From Octopus sinensis (Eukaryota): a stretch of DNA of 64,000 nt. The notes beneath the pieces were generated by a model. That model worked only from the letters and a program-made list of their open reading frames with translations. It had not been told where the DNA came from and did no database searches. The DNA lies in assembly GCF_006345805.1 (NCBI RefSeq), contig NC_042998.1, positions 130,944,001 through 131,008,000 of the forward strand, read 5' to 3'. Made by a program: the position numbers and the translations under genes. Every line of letters starts with the position of its first letter. Position 1 is the stretch's first letter. Positions 39,243 through 54,458 of the stretch are shown in pieces.

Positions 39243-42200
39243 ATATATGTATACATATATAAGCATATATGTAATCTGTATATAAATATATATGTGTGTG
39301 TGTGTGTGTTGTAAACGCAGAAACATACATACATACATGCTTGCATGCATACATATTACATACACACATACATATATACATACAGACGTAATTATGAGAA
39401 AATTATACATACTTACATACGTATGTAAGTGTGTATGCTTAATCATTCCATAATTTTTTTTTAGTAGATGAATGTCTATAAAACATATGCTCAGTTAACC
39501 TATATCGGAACTAAAAATGGAATAAATAAAAACTCTGTTTGATCATATAAATGTGTGTGCGGATACGTATGTATCTATAAACGGTTGTATGTATGCATGT
39601 ATATACCGATGAAATATGTATGTATGTGTGTATGTGTATATGTATGTATGTGTGTGTATGCATGAATGTATGTGTGTGTGTATGTATGTATGTATGTATG
39701 TATGTATGTATGTATGTATGTATGTATGTATGTATGTATGTATGTATGTACGTATGCATGTATGTATGTATGTATGTATGTATGTGACGTCTACATCTTT
39801 TCATATTTGTATTTAATTCTATCAGCCTATTACAATAGCTATTGTTGATAAGAATTTAGTTTAATCTCAGTAGCTCATGATAAAGGGCATCTTCAGTACT
39901 AGAAACATTAAACGCTCGTCTAAACAGCTTTTCTTATCATTTATTTTATTTTATTTTATTCTATTTTAGTTTAGTTTAGTTTAAACCGTTGGATCTTGAT
40001 AACTCTCAGCACTTGCGCTTTCTCCATTGACTTTATTAAATCATTTATTTCCGTCTTTTTGTGAATAGAAAAATGTTGCTTCCAACATCAATATCAAGGA
40101 AGGGGCGTTCACTGTTATGAAGTGATAAGAATATATTGTATCGCAATACGAAATAATTTTTCCGAAGCCCCTCTAAAAGGTTTTCAATTCCTGTTTGATC
40201 TTTTGTAAGGAAAATAGTATCAATCGCATCGCAATATTATATATAAAATGTCTGCGATTGCGTCCACGCGATACACACACATATAAATACACAAACGCAC
40301 ACACATACATAAATACACGAACATACATACATACATACACAAACGGATACGCATACACAAATGCACTCACGTGTATGCATACACAAACGCACACACATAC
40401 ACATTCAGGGGTGCACACATATAATACGCATGTGTACATATGCGTACGTATACACTCTCAAACACAGATATATATGTGGTAAATATTCCAGATTTTCTTT
40501 ATGCTGTGTTTGAAACCCATTTTTCCCGTTTAATATTAACTCTCATGGCTACAACGTCAGAGTACTGAAAACTTTGCCGTCATTATACGTTCGCGACTGT
40601 AACATATGTAGATTATTCGAATTAAATTTGTTCTACCAAGTTACTGTGAAACATTGCTCTGGACATGTGTGTCTGTGTGTGTGTGTGCGTGTGTGTGTGT
40701 TAGTGTGTGTGTGAGTGTGTGTGTGTGTGTGTGTTGCGTGTGTATGTGTGTTCGCGTATGTGTAAGTTTGTGCATGTGGGTGTGTACATAGTATTTAATA
40801 GCGCAAAGATGATCATAATTTGGCTTTGTTACAAATTTGGATGGACTGCATTTTCGACTCTTCGAAAGTACAACTTTTGGCTTTTGCTATATGTTCACGA
40901 GAATACTTGGATATTACACGTAATGTCAGTAATGTCAGGAGTTACTGCATATAGTAATCACAATTTGAAGGCTCGAATGCCTTTTTTTAAAATCTATGGT
41001 CGTTCAAGACAAAACAACACCAAAAATTACACAAACAAGCAACCTTACGTTATGAATTAACTATGTTTCACATAGGCAGTTGCTGGACCTTCCAGAAAAC
41101 GAAAATAGACTTACCCCATACCAGATCTTACCGTTTTAAGACAAGATGAACACACTGCATCATGTAGTCCTACATAACCTATACTTTTGTCAATATTTTA
41201 TCTGGGCTTGCAAGTCTTGTCTACATTTAATTATAGGCATTCTCACTGGGAATGATATAAAGCTAAAAATGGATAAGATGTCAATTCACACTATAGTATT
41301 TTTTTAGTACAACTTGGGTAATATTATTCTGAATATATATATAAGAAAATGGGATAGTCATAAATTGAATCTCTTTGATTGTGGGTTTGCTTCATGAAGG
41401 CTGAATTGATCAATGCGTATAACCAATACAAATTTATTACATTGGTACAAAATCTTAACAGTAGAATGAATTATTTTTTTCCGTAATTTTTGGCTCATAT
41501 TTTCATAATTTTTAATTTTAGTTCTGAGGATATAAGAGAAATATTTACATAGATGTGACAGTACCAAGTAGTTTTCCTCAACAGAATTCATCTCACCTAG
41601 TCTCTTTTCAGTCTCACAATGCTTTCGCTGTAACTTATAGCTGGGAGTTATACAATCTAGTAATGGACTCTCACCCATTGAAATTTAAGTAACATACTTA
41701 CGATCACAAGTGGTTGCAGAATATAAGGTTCGAGTCACTAACTCTGTCATGTTGTCTGATCATTGATCCGGCTATTCTCAAAATTATGTGACATTCAAGA
41801 ACTTCTCGATGATATTAACAACCACCGTTTTTAACCATCTTTAGCTACCATTTTCAGTAAACTATTTCATATGTTTACTTTACTGAAATATTTTTTCAAC
41901 AATGATTTCTGATCAATTGCTATTTATTTACATTTTTCTGCTCCGAATTGTGATCGATCTTTAATTAATAAACAAAACCTGAGACGTTTACATAAAACTC
42001 AATCACGATGACACATAGTCGAAATAAAATTATATCTTTTAAACGGAAATTGAAATACCAACACGATACAAGATTCAATTAAAAATAAAAGCCTCTCCGA
42101 AATTTAATTTTGAATCGATAAAAAACAATTTCGATTTTTATGTTTAACTGAATTTTATTTGATTTCAAGTTTCAATTTTAGGCTGGTAACAACTTCATTT

Positions 42201-42550
42201 GCCCTACCGTTTTCTGTTACTGCGAATATCATTGTTTTTTCAATATGACATTTCAAAATCAAGATTTGTCCTCCTTAAAATGCAACATCCCTATAGTTGT
42301 GAGACATTGTGTTGGTCTACTGCAACATTCCAACCATTTTACTTACGAAATAAAGATTAATGAAATTCCAGGTGTTTATGACTCCTGCAAGCGCTTTAAT
42401 CACGAGGGTGGTTTGAAACGACTTCGGAGTGAAGAATTGTTAAGCATGTCAGGTTCAACGTCGGTATGAATCGCGTTGCAATTATTTCTGAGAATACGTA
42501 TAAATATATCTGTAGAAATGAGTACGTACGTGCATGCGTGCATATGCTTG

Positions 42551-42625
<75 letters not shown>

Positions 42626-44024
42626 ATTTGTATGTTAGTGTACCACGGGATGCTGCAGATATTTACCTTGAGATTAAACTACTGTAGAAGATAGAGAACA
42701 CATGCTAGACATAGCCGTCAATTTTCTTTTAAATAATATCGTACCATTTTAAAAAAACGATATTTTAGAGAATGTGGTTCTATAGAGACACTCTGTCGGC
42801 TAAAAATATAGTTGAAATAATTTTGATCATAGGTCTGTGGGATGTGAACTGATCTGATGCAAAGCAACAACAGAAGCTTTTGTTGTATTGCACACACAAG
42901 TGTATTTACTTAAGAATAGATTTATTACATTGGCACAAATATCAACAAATTTGTTCTGAGACGTATATAGTTGATTAATCGAACTCGCAGAACCTCGAGA
43001 GATTCATTATAAAGTAGACATTGGTAGGGTTTTCAGAGAACATATAGAATTAAGAAACTGTATGTTATAAAGATATTAGTTTGACGTTCTACTGCTCTAC
43101 AAGTTCACCACGCTCAATAAAAATAATACAGCATCCTTACATAGAGTAAATATTTCTGAAGAATCGTATGCTCCGTGCATCTACCTTTGTGTATTACTGG
43201 CAATTATTCTATTGAGCAAGCAAGAGAAGCAGTAATTTTGACCTCGACAGATGTGAACTCAGCCACACACACCTAGATGAGTTTTAACTAAATAGCATAG
43301 TGTATCGAATACAATGTTTTATCGCTTCTTGCTATTTCACACTGTACATATGTAAAGTATTGTCGAGACGCTGAGAATTGAGGCTACGAATAAGATTTGG
43401 CCTTATCATTAGATTGCCAAGAATTCTTACATCTCGAAAGAGTAGGTGGAGTTTATGCATATTATATCCTTGTCATATCTGATTAGATACTCTAATTTTG
43501 AATGGAACCACACATATATCTGTAAGTCAGAATTAATTATTGTAGGTGGTTTCTTACTGCATTTTATCAGCTGTCAGCCTTAATTATGACTTAAAATTTT
43601 AAATGGCAGCCTTTCCCTGCCTATCAGAAATAATTATGGTGGGCGGGGTATAACTATGTTATAATAATTCTGCAAGCGGTAAATATATCGAAAACGGTTA
43701 TGGGTGGAGCTTATCTTAGTCTTATTGATATGAAAATGAAACCGTAGAAAGTTGGCAGAAGAGCCAATTTTTGGTATGAAGGTAAAATAGCGGTATGAAT
43801 AACGTAGGGAATTGATATACCAGGAATTACGAGTTCGTATTTAGCTACAGAATTTACGGATTTTTAGACTCTTCAAGTCTTTGTTTCCCTGTTCTCGATT
43901 TGTCAAGCCATTGATAATACGGTGAAAATAAAACTTTGAAATACAAAGGACAACCAATCTCTTGTATATTAAACGTGATAAGAGTGATTTTGTGATCGCC
44001 TTTGATTTATATTTGAAATATAAG

Positions 44025-44160
44025 TGCAACTCATTTTTGGAAGCTGGTTGTACTGAAGCAACGTGAAATGAAGCGTCTTGCTCAAAAACACAAACTACCT
44101 CCGGGAATGGAACTCACGACCATACAATCGGGAGCCGAATACAATAACCACCATGCCATA
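44025..44160 (-). mobile_element. SINE 5' fragment
   Basis: Reverse complement TATGGCATGGTGGTT..GTCGTGAGTTCCATTCCCGG..TTGAGCAAGACGCTTCATTTCACGTTGCTTCAG resembles 17050-17190. Confidence 0.7.
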
Positions 44161-44229
44161 TTATACATATACATATAAAGAGCTAGGAGAAAATTTTCCA
44201 AACAACTTTGTACATAAAATTTTCCTTTA

Positions 44230-44900
44230 ATACCATGTCGGTCCAATTTTTGGCACCAATCTCAGTTTTGATACGCCGCGAAACTGACTCAATAGGTTTT
44301 GAACGGTTCTTAAGGGAATTCTGAACCATCTTCAAGTAAAAGATATTTAAACTCTTTCAGTGATGATGGTGGAGTTAAGCGCCTTTTCATGGGCTGATTC
44401 AAGATGCACCAATAAATGTTAAAACATATCAAGATTTGATGACTGGGGGCAGGGGGAGGGTGGGGGAATCCAGATAGACTTCTTAATGTTTGCTCTCTCT
44501 TTGTGTGAATCAGCACCTTATCTTTCTGGATGATTGTGCTACCTTCAGGAAACAATATTTATATCATAGGACGAGCATTAGCCAAAGAACTCAGATACTG
44601 TTTGGCGTTAACTCTGCTACGTAGAGCAACTAGAGAACCAAGAAAATTCCTCGACATGATTCTTCAAATCATCACAGTCACCTCCATACTTTACAGTAGA
44701 CGCCAAATAGTTAGGGTTGAAGGTTTCTCTTGGTTGTCTCCAAACGCGCCGCAAGTTTGGTAAAAAAAGTGATTGGTGATACATCAGACGAAACGACATT
44801 TTTCTGTTGAGCCATTGGCTACTTCGGATAGTCTAGACATCAGTGTTTCCACTTAACAAATTTGATGATGGTCAGGAGACATTTAGCAATTGTAGCCTAT
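44230..44900 (-). mobile_element. Decayed Tc1-like transposase
   Basis: RRVWRQPRETFNPNYLASTVKYGG and IIQKDKVLIHT (cf. FQQDNAPxH), followed by a PPPxSPDL-like region. Confidence 0.7.
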
Positions 44901-45059
44901 CATAATAAGCCACTTTATGGAGCTCACGACAAATGGGTTTGGGTGACACACGGAAAATTTGTGGTTTAGTTCTAATATCACTTAGCTATCTTAATTCGAT
45001 AGTTTTGAAACGCAATAAGTGTCACTCTTCTGCTCTCTGTCTCTCCCCTCTCTCTGTCT

Positions 45060-45100
<41 letters not shown>

Positions 45101-45443
45101 AAGCTTTGCCTTATTTACCTTCAGTTCAACATTAAACTTGTTAAAGTTAATTTTTCCCCTTGGTTTTCGAACGCCAACATGATTTAATACGATCTGATAA
45201 TTTGTCTGCTTTGAAAATCAGACAGTCAGGCATTCTAACTCCTTCAAATACATATATTTGAATAAAAGAAGGGCAGGGAATTATATCATGACGTAAAAGC
45301 ATACATATGCATCTGAACACGTATATACGGATTAGAGCAGTTTTAGATATGTCACGTTGCCAATAGAAAAAAAAAGAAAAACAGTTGAATCAAAACTGAT
45401 GTTTCCATTATTTGATTCAACCCTTGATTCAACATTTGTGCAA

Positions 45444-45696
45444 TGTACATATATATATATATGTATGAGGAGAACTAGGGTACTCAGAAATTTGGAGGTT
45501 TTATATTTACAGATATTTATTAATATGTCACATGATTTTATAAATCATATATTAGCGCTTGCGTCCACTCTAGTGGAATGTTCAGAGTAGACACAAGCGC
45601 TAATATATGATTTATAAAAACATGTGACATCTGTAAATATAAAATCATCCAGATTTCTGAGAACCTTACTTCTCCTAATATATAATACATGTACAT
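45444..45696. repeat. ~120-bp-arm palindrome (MITE/foldback-like)
   Basis: CATGATTTTATAAATCATATATTAGCGCTTG..CTCT is inverted as AGAG..CAAGCGCTAATATATGATTTATAAAAACATG. The outer arms also match. Confidence 0.8.
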
Positions 45697-45708
45697 CATC
45701 TCCAAACC

Positions 45709-45789
<81 letters not shown>

Positions 45790-45854
45790 TATATATATGT
45801 ATGTATATATATATAAGTGATAATTGTGTCATTGAGACCCAAAGGTGTCCGGTA

Positions 45855-46533
45855 ATATTTATACATATAGTAAACGTATTCAAGTATAGAGTTTTCTTCT
45901 ATTTGTTGATACTTTTTGATAATGGATCATCTAATCCTTACGACGATATAATTGAATACTAGAGAGAAGATCGCTGTAAAATAAAACCAATATTTTGCAA
46001 AACAATGAAAATAAATTGATAATATATTATGTTCAGTGACTAATTATCCTATTTTGATTTACTATCGTCAGCAGTTTCTGAAGTAAGAGAACAGATTTCG
46101 GTTTTTGCCTATGAATGACACTAGTATTACACAAAATAGTAGAATCTTCATTTCAAATTCTTTCGCATATTTTCAAGCATCTATTATTTTCTAAATAATA
46201 AAAAGTTAAAATCAAGTAAAATTAAATTAAATAAAAAATAAAAATAAAAATAATAAAAAAAAATATATATATATAAATTTATAAGTATAAATTAATAATT
46301 AATTTTTTTTAAATTGTAACTTTAAATTTAAATAATTTAAATTTTGAATTTTATATTTTATATTTTGTATATTATATTAATTAATTTTATTTCTATGTTT
46401 TGGTTTATGTTTTTCACTGTTTGATTTGTCTAATAGTGGTTTTATCTCTAATTTAATATGTATATATGTATATATATACATACATACATATCAGACAAAC
46501 AGACATAAATACACACACACACGCACTCAACGC

Positions 46534-46564
<31 letters not shown>

Positions 46565-47452
46565 ATATATATATATTGCAAAAAATGACGTAAGAATATC
46601 GTGACATAGCTCCAACTATGCGACTGAAGTACCATGCGACTGAAGTACCATGCGACTGAAGTACCATAGGCATGGTAATATAATTAAGTATTTTATATGT
46701 AAATTCAGATTAGACCATGCTGAAGTGCACTATACGTCAAGGGTATTTTAAGTGGGTCCCGTTTCTCAGCCTTTACTACAGGATAAAACTGAGATTAACG
46801 CAATCACAGTTGATGCTCACCAGATGGACTGTACGGTTTGTTTGGTAGAAAATTTGATCTGGCGTTCGCTAGAACACATAGCACATTTGGAAATATTCGG
46901 ACCAGGTCTTCAGTTGCTACCTGACATTATTCCCACCGACCTTAGAGGTAATTACAGAATATTATGAGTGCAACACTTACTTTAGATACCAGAAAATTAA
47001 CCAAAAGTATGAATGCAATTGCATCAAAAACCAAATGCAGTACACATATGTAGAAAGTTAATTTCCTGTCGATTTCGGTGTTTATATTTATACATATAGT
47101 AAACGTATTCAAGTATGGAGTTTTCTTCTATTTGTTGATACTTTTTGATAATGGATCATCTAATCCTTACGTCGATATAATTGAATACTAGAGAGAAGAT
47201 CGCTGTAAAGTAAAACCAATATTTTGCAAAACAATGAAAATAAATTGATAATATATTGTGTTCAGTAACTAATTATCCTATTTTGATTTACTATCGTCAG
47301 CAGTTTCTGAAGTAAGAGAACAGATTTCGGTTTTTGCCTATGAATGACACTAGTATTACACAAAATAGTAGAATCTTCATTTCAAATTCTTTCGCATATT
47401 TTTATCAAGCATCTGTTATTTTCTAAATAATAAAAAGTTAAAAGCAAGTAAA
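45855..47452 (+). repeat. ~365-bp near-identical direct duplication (45855-46220 and 47084-47452)
   Basis: Same sequence from ATATTTATACATATAGTAAACG to AAAAGTTAAA. The first copy runs into an extremely A/T-rich low-quality tract. Confidence 0.85.
46617..46667 (+). repeat. 16-bp minisatellite x3 (ATGCGACTGAAGTACC)
   Basis: Three exact tandem copies. Confidence 0.9.
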
Positions 47453-48109
47453 TGAAACTGTAGTAGTCCAATAGACCCATAACAACTATTAAATCCATAT
47501 GGTGCGTTGAAGATAAATAGATAAAAATATTTACAGTGATTCATCATGTCCTTGGAGGTAATGCTGGTCAAAATGTATACAAAAACGATGTTACGTGAAC
47601 ACGTGTCGGTATACATATATACGTATATATACATATATGTTTGTATGCATGCGCGGGGAGGGAGAGAGAGAGAGACAGAAAGAAAGAAAGAAAGAAAGAA
47701 AGGAAGAAAGAGATAGATACACCTTAATTATTGTTTTCAAAGCACATAGCCAGATGTTATGTCCTTCGTCTCGTCAGTCTTATCTGTGGAGACAGAGTTG
47801 AAAAATCTGGCTTTGTGGTATATATATAAGACAATAAACACAAGAAATCTTTACTCTATATTACTGAGGTGTTACTTATCGAGGATTACTGCACTCTGCT
47901 GTTTGAAATTTGTCTTTGTATACATACTATACATGAATACATACATACATACATACATACATACATACATACATACATACATACATTCATACATATATGC
48001 ATACTTGCATGCACACATGTCAAAAGTAACTAGACACACTTATAATCGTTAAAATTTAAATCTAAATTATACATTCAAATTATTTATCAATTGCTCTAAT
48101 GTGAATATT

Positions 48110-48870
48110 TGATATTTAATAGACATGCCCTTTGCACTTTTCAGTGCGAGGACCCTACTAGGTATGCTACAGATCAGATGACGAATATTCTGTTGTGGAA
48201 TTTCTAGTCAAGTTTCATGCAGCGATGCCAAAAGACCTGGCTTTGAAGATACTTTCTTGTTCATATTATGAAGTCCCCTGTTCTTTATGCCCCAGAGATA
48301 TTCAATAGATTTCATTCCTCGTGACTGGCTTGGCCTTGGAAGCTTTTTAATGCCATTCTCATCCAACAAACCTTAGCTCATTTTAGCTGTGCGACAAGGA
48401 ACCCCACCTTCCATAAACAAAAACACAGTCTCCTATAATCATTTCACCATTGGAAAAGATGGGAAAGAATCCTTTTCCCAATATGGATACATATTTATCT
48501 GAGTTTCTATTTCCCTCACACTCCACCAGCTCTGATCAACCATTGTTCCAAATTGCTCCCCAAATCATCACAGAATAGCTGCCGTGTTTCATTGTTGGCC
48601 GCAATCGTTTCACATCAAATTCTTGATCACTGAGTCTCCAGACTAACACTCCACCACTGTCAGGAAATACAGAAAATTTGGATTCACCAGAGAATATGAC
48701 AGTGTCCCAAAATACTAGTGGTCTTTCCATAATGTTACTGGCCCAATCTTTTCTCCGCTTGATGTTGGCTGATCGAAGAAGTGGCTTCATTCTTGCTGCT
48801 CTGCCATAGTAATCAAGTTTGTGAAGATATCCGACAGCTATTCTAACACCAACTTGTGCTTGCAACGAGG
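48110..48870 (-). mobile_element. Tc1-like transposase pseudogene
   Basis: KPLLRSANIKRRKDWA, WDTVIFSGESKF and PTMKHGSYSVMIWGAI. Downstream WPSQSRGMKSIE (cf. WPxQSPDLNPIE). Confidence 0.88.
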
Positions 48871-49287
48871 ATTATCCTCCACACTTCTCTTAGCAAAGAG
48901 AAGGGTCTTGTCAGAGGGCTCTCGTTGATATGGGCGACATGATATAGTTTCCTTCTTAGCTCTGGTGAATTGGACAAACGCTCTATTAGTTTAGGAAGCG
49001 AGATCACTGGGCTTTCTGGGATTTTACGCTATGTCCACTTTCAGAATGACTTGCTTATACTTTTAATTTCGCGCACCTGCATTGTTTGTTTTTGATTTTG
49101 TCGACAACACAGTATGGTAAGGTCAGTTTGGCAGTGTCTGTGAGAAAAACAGAACCGCGACCTAATTCGCTCTGCCAGTATTTTGGAAACGACATGCTGT
49201 ATTGCTTGGCATTCGCGCCGGAAGCTCCAATACGAACATTTCAGAGTGTTTGGGTGTCAATCTTAGGACAGTGTATGTACCGTGAGT

Positions 49288-49904
49288 TATAGAAATCAAA
49301 CACCCAGTCAACATCATGGTGATTGGTGTGATCACTAGTGATGGCGACTTTATACTACCATCCATCTTCTCACAAGGTCTCATTCTCAACACGGGAGCCT
49401 ACATCAAGTGCCTGGAAGAGATACTGTTGCCCTGGGTCAAGAGGATGACTGCTAGAAACCCTTATATCTGACAACAGGACTATGCACCATGCCACACGAG
49501 CAGGAGAACCCAGTCATGGCTGTCAGACAATTTCTGTGACCACATCATCCTTAACATCTGGTCAGCTAACTTCCCAGACTGCAACCCCCTTGATTATTAT
49601 GTATGGGGCGCGGTTGAACAAGAGACCAACAAAACTCCTTGTAACACCAAAGATGAACTGAAGGCAAGGATTATGGCAGCATTCACCATCTTAAACAAGG
49701 AAACCAACCAGAAGAGTTGCAGGAGATTCCGAAGTCATTTGGAGGCTGTGATTGAAGCCAATGGCAATTTTATTGAATGAATTTAATCTTTAGTATTTCA
49801 AGATATTTTTACGTAAATTTGGTAAATATATCTATTAAAATGAGGTGTTATTGTTATTTTCATTTATGCGTAATTTAGATGACAGATAGTTCACGGAACC
49901 CTGT
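49288..49904 (+). mobile_element. DD37D (maT-like) transposase C-terminal pseudogene with right end
   Basis: KHPVNIMVIGVITSDG..*QQDYAPCHT..WSANFPDCNPLDYYVWG..IEANGNFIE*. There are 37 residues between the second and third Asp. Ends CCCTG-TA. Confidence 0.88.
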
Positions 49905-50510
49905 ATATATAACTAAAAGGTATACAGATTTGAAATCTTGGCAGGTACCTTGTAAACATTCTGATACAATTTTGATCTGGCTAAACATATCGAATAATAG
50001 GGAACACTTAGAATCGGTTAAGATAAATAATTAAACTGTACTTTATTTTATAGGTAAATTATGAGGTCGCTTCATTTGTTTTCACATAGCATACAGAGAA
50101 TATAGCCAAGACATTATAATGAAGAATAATGCATTTTATATCTCCCAAATTTATTTATTCAAGTATATTCTTCGTTTGCTGGATAAGTGTCCTAGTGTCC
50201 CTTGATATAGCAGTTATTTGCATTTAGTTGATTTATTTTAAATCACTTGCAATACACGTTGAAATTTAAAGGTTGACAATCCAATGTAGCTTTAAGGTGG
50301 AGTACTTGCGCAGACTGAGACTGAGACTATTACTGCTGCTGATGCTACTACTACTACTACTGCTGCTGCTTTTACTGCTACTGCTGCTGCTTTTACTGCT
50401 TCTACTACTGCTACTACTACTGCTGCTAGGGCTGGTTCTGCTACTACTACCACTAACACTGATACTATGACTACTAATACGAAGACTGCTGAGACTTCTG
50501 CAGCTGCTTT

Positions 50511-50567
<57 letters not shown>

Positions 50568-50609
50568 TACTACTACTATTACTACTACTAGAACTACTAC
50601 TACTACTGT

Positions 50610-50722
<113 letters not shown>

Positions 50723-51317
50723 TTGTTGCATACCCAAAACAACGCACGCACGCGCATAATCATATACGTCTAAAAGTGCTCGTGCTTCACCATAGCGAGT
50801 GGCGGGGTTAATTATAAAAGAAAAGAAGAAAAAGAGAAAAATTTTTCTCAAAAATAACTGATTCAATTTAAAATTAATTTTTGATTTAATAAGAATTATT
50901 ACAAAATTGCTTCTAATGTTTTATGACTCGCAAAGTTTATTTTTTTTCAAATCTATGTCAAACATATGTGCACCACATGTCATACACATTTACCTACCGT
51001 TTCTTATATAAATGTATGCGCTTGTGATTACGTTTGTGTGAGCCGATCCGTGCGTTCCGGCGTTTTTGGTTAAATCCCTTTGAAATCAATATGCATATTC
51101 AAATACATGTACACTTCGGTGGGAAGTTATATTGAAATTCAGATGTTTCTCTCGTTATTTCTCTCCCCACTCTCTTCCCTTCCCATTCTCTCTCACTTCT
51201 CTCTTCCTCCTCTTCTCTCTCTCTCTCTCTCTCTCTCAGTATTCGTATTCTTGTGTGCGCGGATTTGTGTGTACACTTTCTCATTCTGTATGAATATAGT
51301 GAAACTGTGAAATATAT

Positions 51318-51373
<56 letters not shown>

Positions 51374-51886
51374 ATATATATATATATATATATATATCAT
51401 ATATATATATATTATATATACATATATAAATAAAATGTATGTATGTGTGAGTATGAATATCACGCATATATGTGTGTGTATGTATGTATGCATGTATATA
51501 TATATATATGTGTTGTATAGAAGAGAGCGTGAGTGCACAAATGTGTGTGTATAAATATATTATATTATATAAGATATAGGCGGTGAAGTAGCAGAATCGT
51601 TAGTCTGATGAATAGAATATTGTTCCAACTCTCTCAACATTCTGATTTCAAAATACACCATGATGAAATAGGCATTTCTTAATGTTTTGGTCGATAAATA
51701 ACCAGCCGGGCCAGTAGACGAGGCGAAATGCATCCTGAGTTCAAATCTCGACATACCCTATGGGGTTGCAGGCATTCCGCAAGATCTCCTGTCTGAGAAG
51801 GTTTCTCTCTCATCAATCTCAATCTCCTGGTAAAATTCATGGATGCACCTCCTCCCTCCGGGCTAATATGTATGTATGCATGCATG

Positions 51887-51920
<34 letters not shown>

Positions 51921-54357
51921 TGTATGTATGTATGAATGTATGAATGTATGTATGTATGTATGTATGTATGTATGTATGTATGTATGTATGTATGCATGCA
52001 TGCATGTATGTATGTATGTATGTATGTATGTTTGTATGTATGTATGTATGCATGCATGTATGTATGTATGTATGTATGTATGTATGTATGTATGTATGTA
52101 TGTATGTATGTATGTATGTATGTGTGTGTGTGTGTTTGCACGCGTAAAGATGGATGGATGGGTGGACGGAGTTGTGTATGCATTCTGCTCATTTCAGTCA
52201 TTGGATTGCAACCATATTGTGGCACACTTTCAAAAGGTTCCGTCGATAAATAATTTGTTATAGCATATCTACAACTTCAAACCCCAAATTATCTTAGCGA
52301 TTTTAAGGTAGTACGATGTTATTTGAGGGTGATGTGTCTTAAATATTTAACTTGATAAGTAACTACGTAAAAGCTCTTTCATAGGTTTGAGATATCTGTT
52401 TAACGACCTTAACATTTTCTTCATAGTAAAATATCAGCTAATGTTCACCGCATACATTACGAGATCAGCAAGATAGGACTACATCAAAGGGTAATAACAG
52501 TATTTGATTAATGAGCAAAAGAGTGCGTCTCTGTGTGGTTACTCGGACAGCTAGAAAAAACAGTCAAATCTCCCTGGAATTATACCTCATCCACTTAAAA
52601 TAGGGAAGGGCGTGTGTAACAATATATTCTTTGGAATACTCTGCCTGAGAATGGTGATTTGGTACAATCACTTAGTACAAAGAATATGGTAGAGGGAAAA
52701 AAGCTTAGTGTAAAAGAGAAATGGAAGGAAGATTTAAGAAGAATAGAAGAAAAACTATCTAGACCCCTGAGCGTGCGCATGTGAGTGTGAATGTGTGTAT
52801 AGATGCGTATATGTTCCCAATCTAGAGATCGATGGTAAGGAACATATGAAACAAAGTGGCCGAACAAACCAAAAGTGGTGAGGAGGGAGAAGCGTATAGT
52901 TGAATGTGATAATGTGTGTGCATGCAATTTTGAGTATTTGCGTTGGTGAAAAGAGACAACGTTTGAGAGTGCTAGTGGATGTGTGTGCAGGTGCCAGGGA
53001 GATACGAAAGTGTATGAATAATAATATGTATGCGTTTGTGTTTATGTGTGGCAAGTTACAAATGCGGTGAGAGTAGATATGTGTGGGAATGCATTTATCA
53101 GCATAAGGGCATTTGTGTATTTATGTGTGTTTAATTGTGCAAGTGTACAAGGGAACAAGTTGTGAGAAGAGATGAGCTGTGTGCATGTCTGAAAGGTGTG
53201 GAGATGTGGGGAGTGGGAAATGTGGATGGGAAGTTGGTGCGTTGGAGGTACGTGGGTGGATGCAAAAATCCATTTGGAGAGACGATTTGGTGAAAAGTGA
53301 CGTATGTAGAATCATCTGTATCCAGATCGTGGATATGTGAGGATATGTGTCACCAAGACGTTTTGAGTCGGTGTTTGTGTAACAGCGCTGGTTCTTGTCG
53401 GTGAATTAAGGGGATAAAATGGTAGATGATTGGAGGTGTAAGTTTGTGTATCTGTAATTGAAAGATATGAAGGTGAGTAGGAGGAGAGTAGCAGCTGGCA
53501 TGTTTTTGGGGAAACGAAGTTAGTGTGCCGTTGGTATACAAGTGTGCGAATTCTGTGGGTGATAGTTAGGCAGTAGGAAAGAGTATGAATGTAAGTGAGT
53601 TACATTCGATTGGTGTGAGAGGTGGTGGAGAAAGAAAATTAATAGAGTATAATGATGAAGCAGGAATGGAAAAACATAGTTATAAGAACTGAATATGTGG
53701 ATTCAGGTCTTAGGGCATATGTTTGGAGAGGGAAGATGCGCTACTGTTCTGTTTGAAAACGTAAAGTTATACACCGGAGGAAGTTATGCCGAAAAGCAAA
53801 GTTTGTTAGTTCAATGGACAGTGGAGGTGTAATGACGGGAAACAGGTTAACCGTTGACACTTTAGATGTCTCTGAGATGCTTTGTGAACACGTTTCTTTG
53901 CCCGTGGCTGATTTGCTTCACATACATAAAATTACAGAAGGAACATTGGCATATATATATATCAGGTTATTAAGTGTGAAGTAAAAAGAGTCTCAAATGT
54001 GTTAGACGCGGTGGTTCAGGATGGTAAGTTTTGTGGTATTTGAGAGGGAAAGTTAGGCATGGCAGCAGCAAAGGAGACTGGGACGATGAGTAATGAAGAA
54101 AGAGTTATGGGCAAGCACCTGTAGAGGTTGTGAACATAGTTTAAAAAAAGTAGAGAGTATGTAAAAGGGTACGTGGTTGGGAGGGTCCTTGAAGGAGGGT
54201 GCGACTGGCGAAAGGTGATCAATTGCGTGGGCACAAGAAAGGACCTTTTTCATGAGGAAAGGTGGGTAAACACATCGATTAAAGTTCTGCTTTCCACTAC
54301 AGAGGCGTTGGAGATGGAAAACATAGGAAAGGGATGATATACATGCATATATATATA

Positions 54358-54411
<54 letters not shown>

Positions 54412-54458
54412 GTGTGTATATATGTATATATATATATATATAATATATATATATATAT

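Noticed and set aside
42340-42490. Possible small exon (AG..GTATGA on plus, GTAAGT donor on minus)
   Set aside because: Weak acceptor, stops in the minus frames, no recognisable peptide and no partner exons.
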